Made by a program: the position numbers and the translations under genes. A model generated the notes under the pieces. That model did no database searches and was not told where the DNA came from. It saw only the letters and a program-made list of their open reading frames with translations. From the NCBI GenBank assembly GCA_963713975.1, contig OY970218.1, forward strand, positions 537,451-601,450: a stretch of DNA of 64,000 nucleotides. The letters run 5' to 3'. Positions 36,063-44,930 of the stretch are shown piece after piece. The DNA is from an uncultured Chloroflexia bacterium (lineage in GTDB: Bacteria > Chloroflexota > Limnocylindria > Limnocylindrales > CSP1-4). Position 1 is the stretch's first letter, and the number at the start of each line of letters is the position of its first letter.

Positions 36063-36200
36063 CGGTGCTCCTGTGTCCTCTCCCGATCCTAGCCCGAGAC
36101 GCCGCTGGGCGCCGGAGGCCCGGAGGACACGGGCTCACGCCATCCGTCAGGTGCCGGCCATCGCTCGATGACCGGTCTCCCGTTCGCTACCAGTTCGGGA

Positions 36201-36968
36201 TCAGCCCTCGCGCCACTTCATCAGGCCGAATGCGGCGCCTTCGGGGTCCCCCAGGACCGCGAAGCGGCCACCCGGGAAGTCCGTCGGTCCCAGCATCTCG
36301 TGCCCGCCGAGCTCGATCGCCTTCGCGCAGGCCGCATCGATATCGTCCGTCGCAAAGTAGACCAGCCAGTAGCTGGGAACCTCAGACGGGACCATGTCGG
36401 GCATCTCCATCCCGCCGGCGACCGAGTGGCCGTCCACCTGGAACTCCGTGTACTGCCCGCCCTGGGGCATGTCGGAGCTCTTGGCCGCCCAGCCGAAGAC
36501 GTCCGCGTAGAACGACGTCACCTTGTCGAACCCGCGCGCGTTCAGCTCGGCCCAGGCGAAGGTGCCCGGGGCGTCCGAGGCAAAGCCGCGCATCTCCTTG
36601 GCCTGCCAGGCGCCAAAGACCGCGCCGGCGGGGTCGGCAAAGACGGCCATCCAGCCCTGCGGCCCGATCTCCATCGGCGGGGCGATGACCGCGCCGCCAG
36701 CCGCGGTGACCTTCGCAGCGAGGGCTGTGATGTCAGGCGTGCCGACGTACATCGACCACACGGTCGGCTGTCCGGGCATCTGCTTGGGTCCCAGGCCGGC
36801 GAGATCCTTGCCGCCGGTCCTTGCCATCGTGTAGCCGCCGTACTTGGGATCGGGCTCGTCGATGTTCCAGCCCAGGACGCCCGTGTAGAAGGCCCCGGCC
36901 ATCTTCGTGTCATCGGTCGCGAGGTCAACCCAGACAACCTTCTCCGTGGCCATCGCTGCTTCCGCCAT
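36201..36968 (-). CDS. VOC-family (glyoxalase/bleomycin-resistance fold) protein with two tandem modules
   Basis: Repeated pattern VVWVDLATDD..FY..VLGW / FAWAELNARG..FYADVFGW. Confidence 0.85.
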   Translation of the reverse strand: MAEAAMATEKVVWVDLATDDTKMAGAFYTGVLGWNIDEPDPKYGGYTMARTGGKDLAGLGPKQMPGQPTVWSMYVGTPDITALAAKVTAAGGAVIAPPMEIGPQGWMAVFADPAGAVFGAWQAKEMRGFASDAPGTFAWAELNARGFDKVTSFYADVFGWAAKSSDMPQGGQYTEFQVDGHSVAGGMEMPDMVPSEVPSYWLVYFATDDIDAACAKAIELGGHEMLGPTDFPGGRFAVLGDPEGAAFGLMKWREG

Positions 36969-37150
36969 GGTGCACCTCTCGGAACGCTGGACCGGCCCAG
37001 GGGACGGGCGGGTCCGTTCGCGGCAGTATGGGCGGCTTGGGTGAATCGTGGCGCCGGCGATCTCCTCGAGACCACCAAGGGTCCGAAGTGCGTAAGCGGC
37101 AGATAAGTGGCGCCGCGTAGCGTTGGGCCCGGACCTCCGACCCGCAGGAC

Positions 37151-37927
37151 GTGCCCCCTATGGGGCGGAGGTCACCCCATTGCCCCCGCCGGGCCCGCCG
37201 GGGAGACGTCCGACCCGTGGAGCCCTCCAGTGCGCCTTGGCGCGTCCTCGAGACAACCGAACCCGCACCGCCCGAGCCCGGACCCGCGTCGCGCAGCCTG
37301 CCGTGGCCGGCCATCGCAGCAGCGATCGTCGCCGTGTTCGTGGCCGTCGCGGCCATCCTGGTCACCGCACGACCCGAACCGGTCATCGGCATCGATGGCG
37401 CGGCTGACTTGCGCGCCGGAGCCGCTGGACCAGGGGGGACCCGGTCCGCCGATCCGGCGTCATCTCCCCCGGACCTCGTCGTGGCGGTGAGTGGCGCCGT
37501 GCAGCGGCCCGGGGTGTACCGCCTCCACGCAGGGGCGCGGGTCGGGGACGCGATCGGTGCGGCGGGCGGGTACGGGGCCACCGTGGACGCCGATCTGGTC
37601 GACCGGCAGCTCAACCTGGCGGCCGTGGTGAGCGACGGCGAAAAGATCCGCGTGCCCGTGCGTGGCGAGACGGGGGTCGTGGAAGGGGGCGGCGCGGGCA
37701 CCGTCGTTTCCGGCGGCGCTCCCGTCGCCGGCGGGCCGGTGGACCTGAACCGCGCATCGGCCGAGGCGCTGGACACGCTGCCGGGCGTCGGGCCGGTGAC
37801 GGTCGCGAAGATCATCGCCGCCCGCGAGGAGCAGCCGTTCGCGGGTGTGGACGACCTCCTGGCCCGTAAGATCGTGGGTGCGGCCACGCTCGAGAAGATC
37901 CGCCCGCTCGCCACCGCCGTACCGTGA
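37151..37927 (+). CDS. comEA: ComEA-type DNA receptor (SLBB plus helix-hairpin-helix)
   Basis: TM anchor, then the SLBB GAVQRPGVYRLHAGARVGDAI, then VDLNRASAEALDTLPGVGPVTVAKIIAARE. The start is uncertain (37151, 37160 or 37217). Confidence 0.88.
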   Translation: MPPMGRRSPHCPRRARRGDVRPVEPSSAPWRVLETTEPAPPEPGPASRSLPWPAIAAAIVAVFVAVAAILVTARPEPVIGIDGAADLRAGAAGPGGTRSADPASSPPDLVVAVSGAVQRPGVYRLHAGARVGDAIGAAGGYGATVDADLVDRQLNLAAVVSDGEKIRVPVRGETGVVEGGGAGTVVSGGAPVAGGPVDLNRASAEALDTLPGVGPVTVAKIIAAREEQPFAGVDDLLARKIVGAATLEKIRPLATAVP

Positions 37928-40605
37928 GCGGCGCGCCCGCGAGGGTGCCGCGGACCGCCTGGGTCGCAGCCGGAGCCGCGGCCGCAGCGGCCTGGACGTG
38001 GCTCGGGCTGCCCGGCATTGCACCGCTCGTGGTGGGCCTCGGAGCGCTCGCGATCGGGCTGGCGGCGCGCCCACCCAGGAGCGGGCCGACCGTCGCCACC
38101 ATCGCGGCGGGAGCAGGCGCCCTCCTGATCGGGCTGCGGGTCCTCCTGGGCCCGGCGACGACACCGCCGCCGCCACTTCCGGAAGGCTCGGGTCCATGGA
38201 TGGCCACGGTCCTGTCCGTTGGCTCGCCACTTGACGGCCAGCAGACCGCCCGCATCGACCTGCGGGTGGATCCCGGCCCCGTCCAGGTCGCGGGAATGCT
38301 GCCGGCCTTCCCGGGGATCCGGGCCGGGGACGCGATCGAGGTGCGTGGCCGCCTGCGTCCACCGCCCGAGGATGACCCGTACGGCGAGTATCTCCGGCGG
38401 ACCGGCGCCGCCGGCAGCCTCCGGGCCACGGCCGTGCGGGTCGTGTCGGCCGCGGAGGGGATCACGCTCCAGTCCGTCCGCGATGGAGCAGGTGACGCGC
38501 TGCGCCTCGCCCTGCCGGAGCCCGAGGCGGGGCTCGCAGCCGGGATCCTGATCGGCCTTCGCGAACGGGTGGACCGGGCGCTCGCCGCGGACTTCGCCAC
38601 GGCGGGGGCAAGCCACATCGTCGCCATCTCGGGCTGGAACATCGCCATCGTCGCCGGCATCGTCGGAGCGGCGATGCGCGGCCGCTCGCGACGGGTCGTG
38701 GCCATCGCCGTCGCTGGCACGATCGGGGCCTACGTCCTGGCGGCCGGGGCGTCGCCGTCCGTGGTGCGGGCGGCCGTGATGGCGGCCGTCGTGCTCGGAG
38801 CCCGCGAGTCCGGACGCGCCGCCCGGGCACCCGCCGCGCTGGCCCTGGCCGCGGCCGGAATGCTATTCGTGGAGCCGACGATGATCGGCGACGCCGGGTT
38901 CCGCCTGTCGGTGGCCGCGACGGCCGGGTTGCTTGCCTGGGGCACGCCACTCGGGCGGTGGATCGGTGGTCTTGGCGGCGGCCGGGTGCCCGGATGGCTC
39001 GCCGAGGCGCTCGGGATCTCGCTCGCGGCGCAGGCTGCGACGCTGCCAGACGTGCTCATGACCTTCGGGCGACTGTCGCTCGTGTCGCCGGCCGTCAACC
39101 TCGCGGTCGTGCCCCTCGTGCCGGCCGCCATGGGCGCCGGGGTGCTCGCCATGGCGGCCGGTGGCGCGACGATGCTGGGGCTGCCGGGCATTATCACCAC
39201 AGTCGCGGGGCTCCCGGCCTGGCTGCTCCTCCACGTGATGGTGGGGGTCGTGCGGTTCGCGGCAGGCCTGCCGTTCGCCGCCGTCACGATCCCGCCGCAA
39301 GCGGGTTGGGCCGTGGCTCTCGCAGCCGCGGCGCTCGTCCTGCTCGCCCCAAGGCTGCTGAGGGAGGTGGCCCGTCGACAGGGCCGGCGCCACCGTCGAC
39401 GAGCGACGGGAGCCAAGCCATCAGCCGGCAGCCGTCGGGCCAGCCCGCCACGGATCTCGCGCCTGCACCGAGTCGTGCTGGGCGTGGCCGCGGTGGTGGT
39501 CGCCGTCTCGACCCTCGCCCTCGGCGATGCGGCAGGGAGATCGACCCGCCTGGTCCTGCTGGACGTCGGCCAGGGTGACGCGATCCTCGTCGAGAGCCGG
39601 GGCGGTGGCCGGATGCTGGTCGATGGCGGGCCGGACCCGGACCGGCTGCTCGTGGAGCTGGATACCCGGATCCCACCGTGGGACCGGCGGATCGACGTCG
39701 TCGTGCTCACGCACCCCCACGAGGACCACGTCGCGGGGCTCGTACGCGTGCTCGAGCGATACCGGGTGGGACGCGTCTTCGAGCCCGGGATGCGGGGGCC
39801 GGGTCCGGGCTGGGCGGCCTGGGACGAGGCTCTCGCCCATGGCCCTCAGCGGGCAACCCTGGCCGCCGGTGCGGTGCTCCGCCTCGACGAGATCCGACTC
39901 CGCGTCCTGTGGCCCCAGCCCGGCGTTCCCGCAGCCGCCGCTTCCACGGGGCGTGGGATCAACGACACCTCGATCATCCTCCTGGGCGAGGCCGATGGGC
40001 GGCGATTCCTCCTGACCGGCGACGCGGAGGAGGACGTCGATCCACGGCTCGTGGCGGCCGGGGTGCAGCACGTCGACGTCCTCAAGGTCGCCCACCACGG
40101 CAGCGCCACGGCGACCAGCGCGGAGCTGCTGGCGGCTACGCAGCCGTCGCTCGCCCTGATCTCGGTCGGCGCGGACAACGACTACGGGCATCCGGCACCG
40201 TCGACCCTCGCCAGGCTCCGTGATGTCGGTGCCCGCGTCCGCCGGACGGATCTCGAGGGCACCATCGAGGTCGATCTCCGCCGGGAGGGGCTCGCCGTCA
40301 CGACATCCGGCGCACGCCGCACGGCGCTCGTGACGGGTCCTGTCCCTCGCACCGCCGACACCGGCTACGATTCCGGGCATGACCGTCCCGGCGCGCCGCG
40401 AGGCCGCCAGCCTGCTGCACTCCCTGGACCCACCCGAGTGGTCCCTGCGACACGCGTGCGCCGTCGCAGACGTGGCGTCCTGGCTGGCGCACGCGATCGC
40501 GCGGTCCGGTCATCCGGTGGACATCCGTGCCGTCGAGGCCGCCGCGCTGCTGCACGACGTGGACAAGCTCCCGGACGGGCACCAGGACGGTCTCCGCCAC
40601 GGTGA
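37924..40605 (+). CDS. comEC: ComEC/Rec2 DNA internalisation channel with a C-terminal metallo-beta-lactamase domain
   Basis: Polytopic competence domain plus an MBL domain (LLDVGQGDAILVE..VLTHPHEDHVAGL..HHGS). The GTG start overlaps the comEA stop. The last 76 codons or so overlap the next gene in another frame. Confidence 0.88.
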   Translation: MSGAPARVPRTAWVAAGAAAAAAWTWLGLPGIAPLVVGLGALAIGLAARPPRSGPTVATIAAGAGALLIGLRVLLGPATTPPPPLPEGSGPWMATVLSVGSPLDGQQTARIDLRVDPGPVQVAGMLPAFPGIRAGDAIEVRGRLRPPPEDDPYGEYLRRTGAAGSLRATAVRVVSAAEGITLQSVRDGAGDALRLALPEPEAGLAAGILIGLRERVDRALAADFATAGASHIVAISGWNIAIVAGIVGAAMRGRSRRVVAIAVAGTIGAYVLAAGASPSVVRAAVMAAVVLGARESGRAARAPAALALAAAGMLFVEPTMIGDAGFRLSVAATAGLLAWGTPLGRWIGGLGGGRVPGWLAEALGISLAAQAATLPDVLMTFGRLSLVSPAVNLAVVPLVPAAMGAGVLAMAAGGATMLGLPGIITTVAGLPAWLLLHVMVGVVRFAAGLPFAAVTIPPQAGWAVALAAAALVLLAPRLLREVARRQGRRHRRRATGAKPSAGSRRASPPRISRLHRVVLGVAAVVVAVSTLALGDAAGRSTRLVLLDVGQGDAILVESRGGGRMLVDGGPDPDRLLVELDTRIPPWDRRIDVVVLTHPHEDHVAGLVRVLERYRVGRVFEPGMRGPGPGWAAWDEALAHGPQRATLAAGAVLRLDEIRLRVLWPQPGVPAAAASTGRGINDTSIILLGEADGRRFLLTGDAEEDVDPRLVAAGVQHVDVLKVAHHGSATATSAELLAATQPSLALISVGADNDYGHPAPSTLARLRDVGARVRRTDLEGTIEVDLRREGLAVTTSGARRTALVTGPVPRTADTGYDSGHDRPGAPRGRQPAALPGPTRVVPATRVRRRRRGVLAGARDRAVRSSGGHPCRRGRRAAARRGQAPGRAPGRSPPR

Positions 40606-41002
40606 AGGCTCCGCGGCCTGGCTTGAGGCACGCGGTCACGGCGAGCTGGCGGCGCTGGTGCGTGACCATCCCGTGACGCGCCTCGCCGACGACCTGGACG
40701 CCGAGCGCCTCGAGACGGCCCCACTCGAGGCCAAGGTGGTCGCCTATGCCGACAAGCGGGCGGGCCAGCGCCTGGAGCCCATGGCCGCCCGCTTCGCCTC
40801 GTGGAGACGCCGCTACCCACCCGGGTCCGGGGCCCGGGTCAAGCGGACGGGCGGAACGGCGTGGGACGAGGCGACGTTCGCGCTGGCGGAGGCGCGCGCC
40901 ATCGCCCTGGAGCAGCAGGTCTGCGCCGCTGCCGGTGTCGCGCCCGCCGACGTGCGTCGCCTTCACTGGTCGCGACGTGCCCTGCGGGAGGCCGCCGGGT
41001 GA
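40379..41002 (+). CDS. HD-domain phosphohydrolase
   Basis: 207 aa. Contains H..AVADVASWL...AALLHDVDK... Confidence 0.75.
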   Translation: MTVPARREAASLLHSLDPPEWSLRHACAVADVASWLAHAIARSGHPVDIRAVEAAALLHDVDKLPDGHQDGLRHGEGSAAWLEARGHGELAALVRDHPVTRLADDLDAERLETAPLEAKVVAYADKRAGQRLEPMAARFASWRRRYPPGSGARVKRTGGTAWDEATFALAEARAIALEQQVCAAAGVAPADVRRLHWSRRALREAAG

Positions 41003-42066
41003 CGGCCCCCGTGATCGCCTACTACCGCGGCGGGGACGGGTTCGCGCTCGACCGGGCGGTGGCGAAGATCGCGACGCGCCTGGAGCAGGACACGGGCGCC
41101 GCCCCGGACCGCTGGCGCGTCACGGGCGTGGAGACCAGCGCGGACCAGATCGCGGAGCGCGTCGGGACCGCGCCGATGTTCGGTGGCGGCTGCGTGGCGG
41201 TGGTCACCGACCCGGGGGCCCTGCTGCGCTCCAAGGACGCCCGCGAAGCCCTCGGCCGGGCGCTCGGAGTCGTCGCCCCCGGCAATGCGCTCGTGTTCGT
41301 GGAACAGGGTGACGCCGGCACGAAGCGCCCCGCGATGCTGCAGGGTCTCGAGGCCTCGGTCCTCAAGGCGGGGGGCGAATCGAGGGCGTTCGCAGCACCG
41401 AGAGCCGGCGAGCTCTCCGGCTGGCTGCGCAACCTGGCCGACGAGCGCGGCCTGGTGCTCGAGCGTGACGCCTCGGACGAGCTCGCCCGCCGTGTGGGCG
41501 GGTTCGTGAGCGAGGGTGACGTGGATCGCCAGCGGCAGGGAACCCTCGCCGCCGCCGAGCTTGAGAAGCTGGCCATCTACCGCCAGGCGGCCCCGATCAC
41601 GGTCGCTGATGTGCGGGCGCTCGTCCCCGAGGTCGTCCCCGACTCGACGTGGGCGATGCTGGACGCGCTCGCCGAGCGCCGAGTGGACGTCGCGGCGCCG
41701 CTGCTCGACCGGCTGCTGGAGTCGACCCCGCTGCCGGTCGTCATCGTCCAGCTCCACCGCCGCCTCCGGGAGCTGCTGATCGCCGCCGACCACATCGCGG
41801 CCGGCAGCCGTCCGCCCGACATCGTCAAGGCGATCGGCGGGCACCCGTTCCGTGCCCAGAAGCTCGTGGAGCAGGCGCGCCGCTGGACGCTCCCGGAGCT
41901 CGATGCCGCGCTGGAGGGCGTGCTGGAGCTGGACGCGATGATCAAGGGGGCGGTCGATGCTGCGTCCACGGAGCGCCAGGTCCGGCTGGCGTTCACGCTG
42001 TGGGTCGAGGACAGGGTCGCGATCAGGCGGCCGGGATCGTCAGCGCCGCCAGCCCGGTCGAGGTAG
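40999..42066 (+). CDS. holA: DNA polymerase III subunit delta
   Basis: 355 aa from a GTG that overlaps the previous stop. Conserved position after comEC. The delta N-terminal and C-terminal helical domain pattern is present (..MFGGGCVAVV.., ..LEKLAIY..). Confidence 0.82.
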   Translation: MTAPVIAYYRGGDGFALDRAVAKIATRLEQDTGAAPDRWRVTGVETSADQIAERVGTAPMFGGGCVAVVTDPGALLRSKDAREALGRALGVVAPGNALVFVEQGDAGTKRPAMLQGLEASVLKAGGESRAFAAPRAGELSGWLRNLADERGLVLERDASDELARRVGGFVSEGDVDRQRQGTLAAAELEKLAIYRQAAPITVADVRALVPEVVPDSTWAMLDALAERRVDVAAPLLDRLLESTPLPVVIVQLHRRLRELLIAADHIAAGSRPPDIVKAIGGHPFRAQKLVEQARRWTLPELDAALEGVLELDAMIKGAVDAASTERQVRLAFTLWVEDRVAIRRPGSSAPPARSR

Positions 42067-42099
42067 GTCCCAGCCCGGTCGAGGCAGGTCCCAGGGACA

Positions 42100-42354
42100 T
42101 CAGTCCGCGGACGACCAGGCCTCCTCCTGCATCACGAGGTCGCTCTCGATCGCGAACACGCAGCGGCCGTCGCCCACGTCCAGCAGCTCGATCAGCTCGG
42201 GATCGATGTACAGCTGGTGGCAGTCCTCGCACAGCCCGCCGGGGATGCCGAAGCACAGTCGCTCGGTGCGGTCGGACAGCCGGAACGTGGTGTCGAAGCG
42301 CGTGATGATGAGGCGTCGGCTGCATCCAGGGCAACGATCTCGCAGGCCCGACAT
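42100..42354 (-). CDS. Small YgiT/MqsA-type zinc-ribbon protein
   Basis: 84 aa. CPGC...(26 aa)...CEDC with the spacing and flanks of the MqsA N-terminal zinc ribbon. No HTH domain follows. Confidence 0.55.
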   Translation of the reverse strand: MSGLRDRCPGCSRRLIITRFDTTFRLSDRTERLCFGIPGGLCEDCHQLYIDPELIELLDVGDGRCVFAIESDLVMQEEAWSSAD

Positions 42355-42487
42355 CGGTGGCGCTTCTCCGGGTGGCGCCGGTCATTGCGACCGACGTCCT
42401 GATCCGGATGCTAGGAGGGGTCCCGGGCGCCCGGCATGACCCAGCGGTACCGCTCGACCCGGTACTCCGCCGGGCCCGACGCGCCAA

Positions 42488-42937
42488 CTACTGGACCCGC
42501 ACCACGACCTTCGCGCCGGACCAGTGGCGCTCCAGCTGGTAGAAGTCGCGCTCCGGCGGCGTGAACACGTGGACGATGACGCTCCCGTAGTCGATGAGCA
42601 CCCAGTGGGACTGCGACGTGCCCTCGCGTCCGATGGGCTTGACCCGCTCGTCCCGCAGCCCTTCGACGATGCCGTCGGCGATGGCGCTGATCTGGCGCTC
42701 CGAGCCGCCAGAGCAGATCACGAAGGCGTCGGCGAGGGTCGTCAGGTCACCCAGGTCGAGCAGCACGATGTCTGCCGCCTTCTTGTCCTCCGCGAGCTCC
42801 ACGATCCGCCGCGCGAGGTCAAGCGGCGCGAGGTCGGACGCGGGCGCCGCGGTGTCGCGGGCCGGGAGTCCATCGGGGCGCTGGGTTGCGGAGTGGACGG
42901 GATCGGTCACGTGGTCTGGGTCCTCCGGGAGGGTCAC
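42488..42937 (-). CDS. rsfS: Ribosome silencing factor RsfS (iojap)
   Basis: Contains KKAADIVLLDL......DAFVICSG.S.RQ..AIAD.I and WVLIDYGSVIVHVF....R.FY.LE..W. Confidence 0.93.
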   Translation of the reverse strand: MTLPEDPDHVTDPVHSATQRPDGLPARDTAAPASDLAPLDLARRIVELAEDKKAADIVLLDLGDLTTLADAFVICSGGSERQISAIADGIVEGLRDERVKPIGREGTSQSHWVLIDYGSVIVHVFTPPERDFYQLERHWSGAKVVVRVQ

Positions 42938-43617
42938 TGATAGAGGCGATGATCGGCGATGTAGCCGGCAACCGCATCCGGCACGAGGTAGCGCACCGAA
43001 CGCCCGGCGGCGGCCCGCCGGCGCACCACGCTACCCGAGATCGGCAAGAGGGGCCCTGGCAGGAAGGTGACCCGGTCCTCGAGACCCGGAAAGCGTGCCG
43101 CGACCCAGGCCGTGTCCAGGGGCTCGTAGCCGTCGCGGGGCACGACCGCAAGGCGACAAAGGGCGAGGATCCGGACGGGGTTCCGCCACGTGGGCAGGCC
43201 TGCCAGTGCCTCCGCCGAGAGGATGAACCACGGCTCCACGATCCCTCGTTCGCGCAGCGCCTCGAGCGTGTCCACGGTGTAGGAGGCCCCGCCCCGCTCC
43301 ACCTCCAGGCGACTCAGCTCGAACGACGGGTTGCCCGAGATCGCGAGCCCGACCATCGCCACCCGGTCCGCGGCCTCCGTGACCGGACGGTCTGGCTTGT
43401 GAGGAGGCGTTGCAGCCGGCATGAAGATGACCCGCTCCAGCCCGAGCGCCTCGCGGGCCTCCTCGGCGATCGCCAGGTGCCCGTGGTGGACGGGATCGAA
43501 GGTGCCACCCAGGACGCCCGCCGACCCAGGCGTGATCGGGGTCGGCGGCGCAACGTCGGCGAGGGGGGCAAGGCCGATCGGGCCGTCCCTCACCGCTCCT
43601 CCTCGGGCGGCTCCCAT
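42934..43617 (-). CDS. nadD: Nicotinate-nucleotide adenylyltransferase
   Basis: Contains GVLGGTFDPVHHGHL and PPHK. Overlaps rsfS by 4 nt. The start is uncertain (28-nt overlap with obg). Confidence 0.9.
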   Translation of the reverse strand: MGAARGGAVRDGPIGLAPLADVAPPTPITPGSAGVLGGTFDPVHHGHLAIAEEAREALGLERVIFMPAATPPHKPDRPVTEAADRVAMVGLAISGNPSFELSRLEVERGGASYTVDTLEALRERGIVEPWFILSAEALAGLPTWRNPVRILALCRLAVVPRDGYEPLDTAWVAARFPGLEDRVTFLPGPLLPISGSVVRRRAAAGRSVRYLVPDAVAGYIADHRLYQ

Positions 43618-44879
43618 TCCAGCTCGGTGACGCCGATACGGACCGTGTCGCCGGGTCGGATGCCCGCCTTGCGCAGCGCACCATCGACCCCGAGCCTCAC
43701 GAGCTCGCGCTGGAACCGCTGCGCGGATTCCTCGTTCTCGAAGTTGGTCTGCACAGCCAGCCGCTCGATTCGCTTGCCCTTGACCTGGAACGCGCCATCC
43801 GGGCGCTCCAGCGTGAACCCGTCACCGGCCGCCTCGAGACGGTGGACGACCACCCCGGCCGGCTCTGGGGGGTCGCCAAAGCCATCGACGTCCGGCAGCA
43901 GGCCCCCGATCGCGTCCCGCAGCCCGTCCAGCCCGATCTCCTCCACGGCGGAGATCTCGAGAGCCGGGAGGCCGGCCGCCCGCATGGCGGTCTCGAACGC
44001 CGGCCACGCCTCGCGCGCCGCCGCCAGGTCCATCTTGTTGAAGACCGTGATCATCGGCTTCGCGAGCAGTGCCGGGTCGTGGGCCCTGAGCTCCTCGCGG
44101 ATGACGTCGTGGTCCCAGGCCGGGTCCCGCGAGGTGCCATCCACAAGGTGGAGCAGCACCCTCGTCCGCTCGACGTGACGCAGGAAGGCGTGACCGAGGC
44201 CCGCCCCGGACGAGGCGCCCTCGATGAGGCCGGGGACGTCGGCGATGGTCGGCCGGCGGCCGTCGTCGATCCCCAGGTCCATGACGCCCAGGTTGGGCTC
44301 GAGGGTGGTGAACGGGTAGTCGGCGATCTTGGGCGTGGCGGCGGTGAGCGCCGCGAGCAGCGTGGACTTGCCCGCGTTCGGCAGGCCCACGAGGCCCACG
44401 TCTGCGATGAGCCGCAGCTCCAGGCGCAGCTCCTTCTCCTCGCCGGGCTCGCCGCGCTGCGCATGCTTGGGGGCCTGGTGCGTCGCGGTGGCGAAGTGGA
44501 CGTTGCCGAGGCCGCCGCGCCCTCCCTTCGCGACCATCACCTGCTGGCCGACGGCCACCAGGTCCGCGATGAGCCCGCCTTCGGCAGTGTCGATGACCGC
44601 CGTGCCGGGCGGAACGTCCAGGTAGAGGTCCTCTCCGGCCTTGCCATGGCGCTTCTGGCGCTCGCCCCGGCCACCGGGCGTCGCAGAGAAGCGGTGCTTG
44701 AAGCGGAAATCGTGGAGCGCGGTCTGGCCCGCATCGACGCGGAGGTAGATGGAGCCGCCCCGTCCACCGTCGCCGCCATCGGGACCACCCCGGGGGACAT
44801 GCGCCTCGCGCCGCATGGTGGCCGCTCCGTCACCGCCAGCGCCGGCGCGCACGGAGATCAGGACATCGTCGAGGAACAT
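43590..44879 (-). CDS. obg: GTPase Obg/CgtA
   Basis: Gly-rich Obg fold (GGDGGRGGSIY), G1 GLPNAGKST, G3 DVPGLIEGA, and a C-terminal OCT domain. Confidence 0.96.
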   Translation of the reverse strand: MFLDDVLISVRAGAGGDGAATMRREAHVPRGGPDGGDGGRGGSIYLRVDAGQTALHDFRFKHRFSATPGGRGERQKRHGKAGEDLYLDVPPGTAVIDTAEGGLIADLVAVGQQVMVAKGGRGGLGNVHFATATHQAPKHAQRGEPGEEKELRLELRLIADVGLVGLPNAGKSTLLAALTAATPKIADYPFTTLEPNLGVMDLGIDDGRRPTIADVPGLIEGASSGAGLGHAFLRHVERTRVLLHLVDGTSRDPAWDHDVIREELRAHDPALLAKPMITVFNKMDLAAAREAWPAFETAMRAAGLPALEISAVEEIGLDGLRDAIGGLLPDVDGFGDPPEPAGVVVHRLEAAGDGFTLERPDGAFQVKGKRIERLAVQTNFENEESAQRFQRELVRLGVDGALRKAGIRPGDTVRIGVTELEWEPPEEER

Positions 44880-44930
44880 CGCGGGTATTGTCGCACGGCC
44901 CGGCGGTGGGCCCGCCGGCAGGCTCCGGCG

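Noticed and set aside
40379-41002. HD-domain gene as yqeK (the NadD-associated HD hydrolase)
   Set aside because: It is not adjacent to nadD here (it lies between comEC and holA). I only recognise the generic HD motif, so no specific name is assigned.
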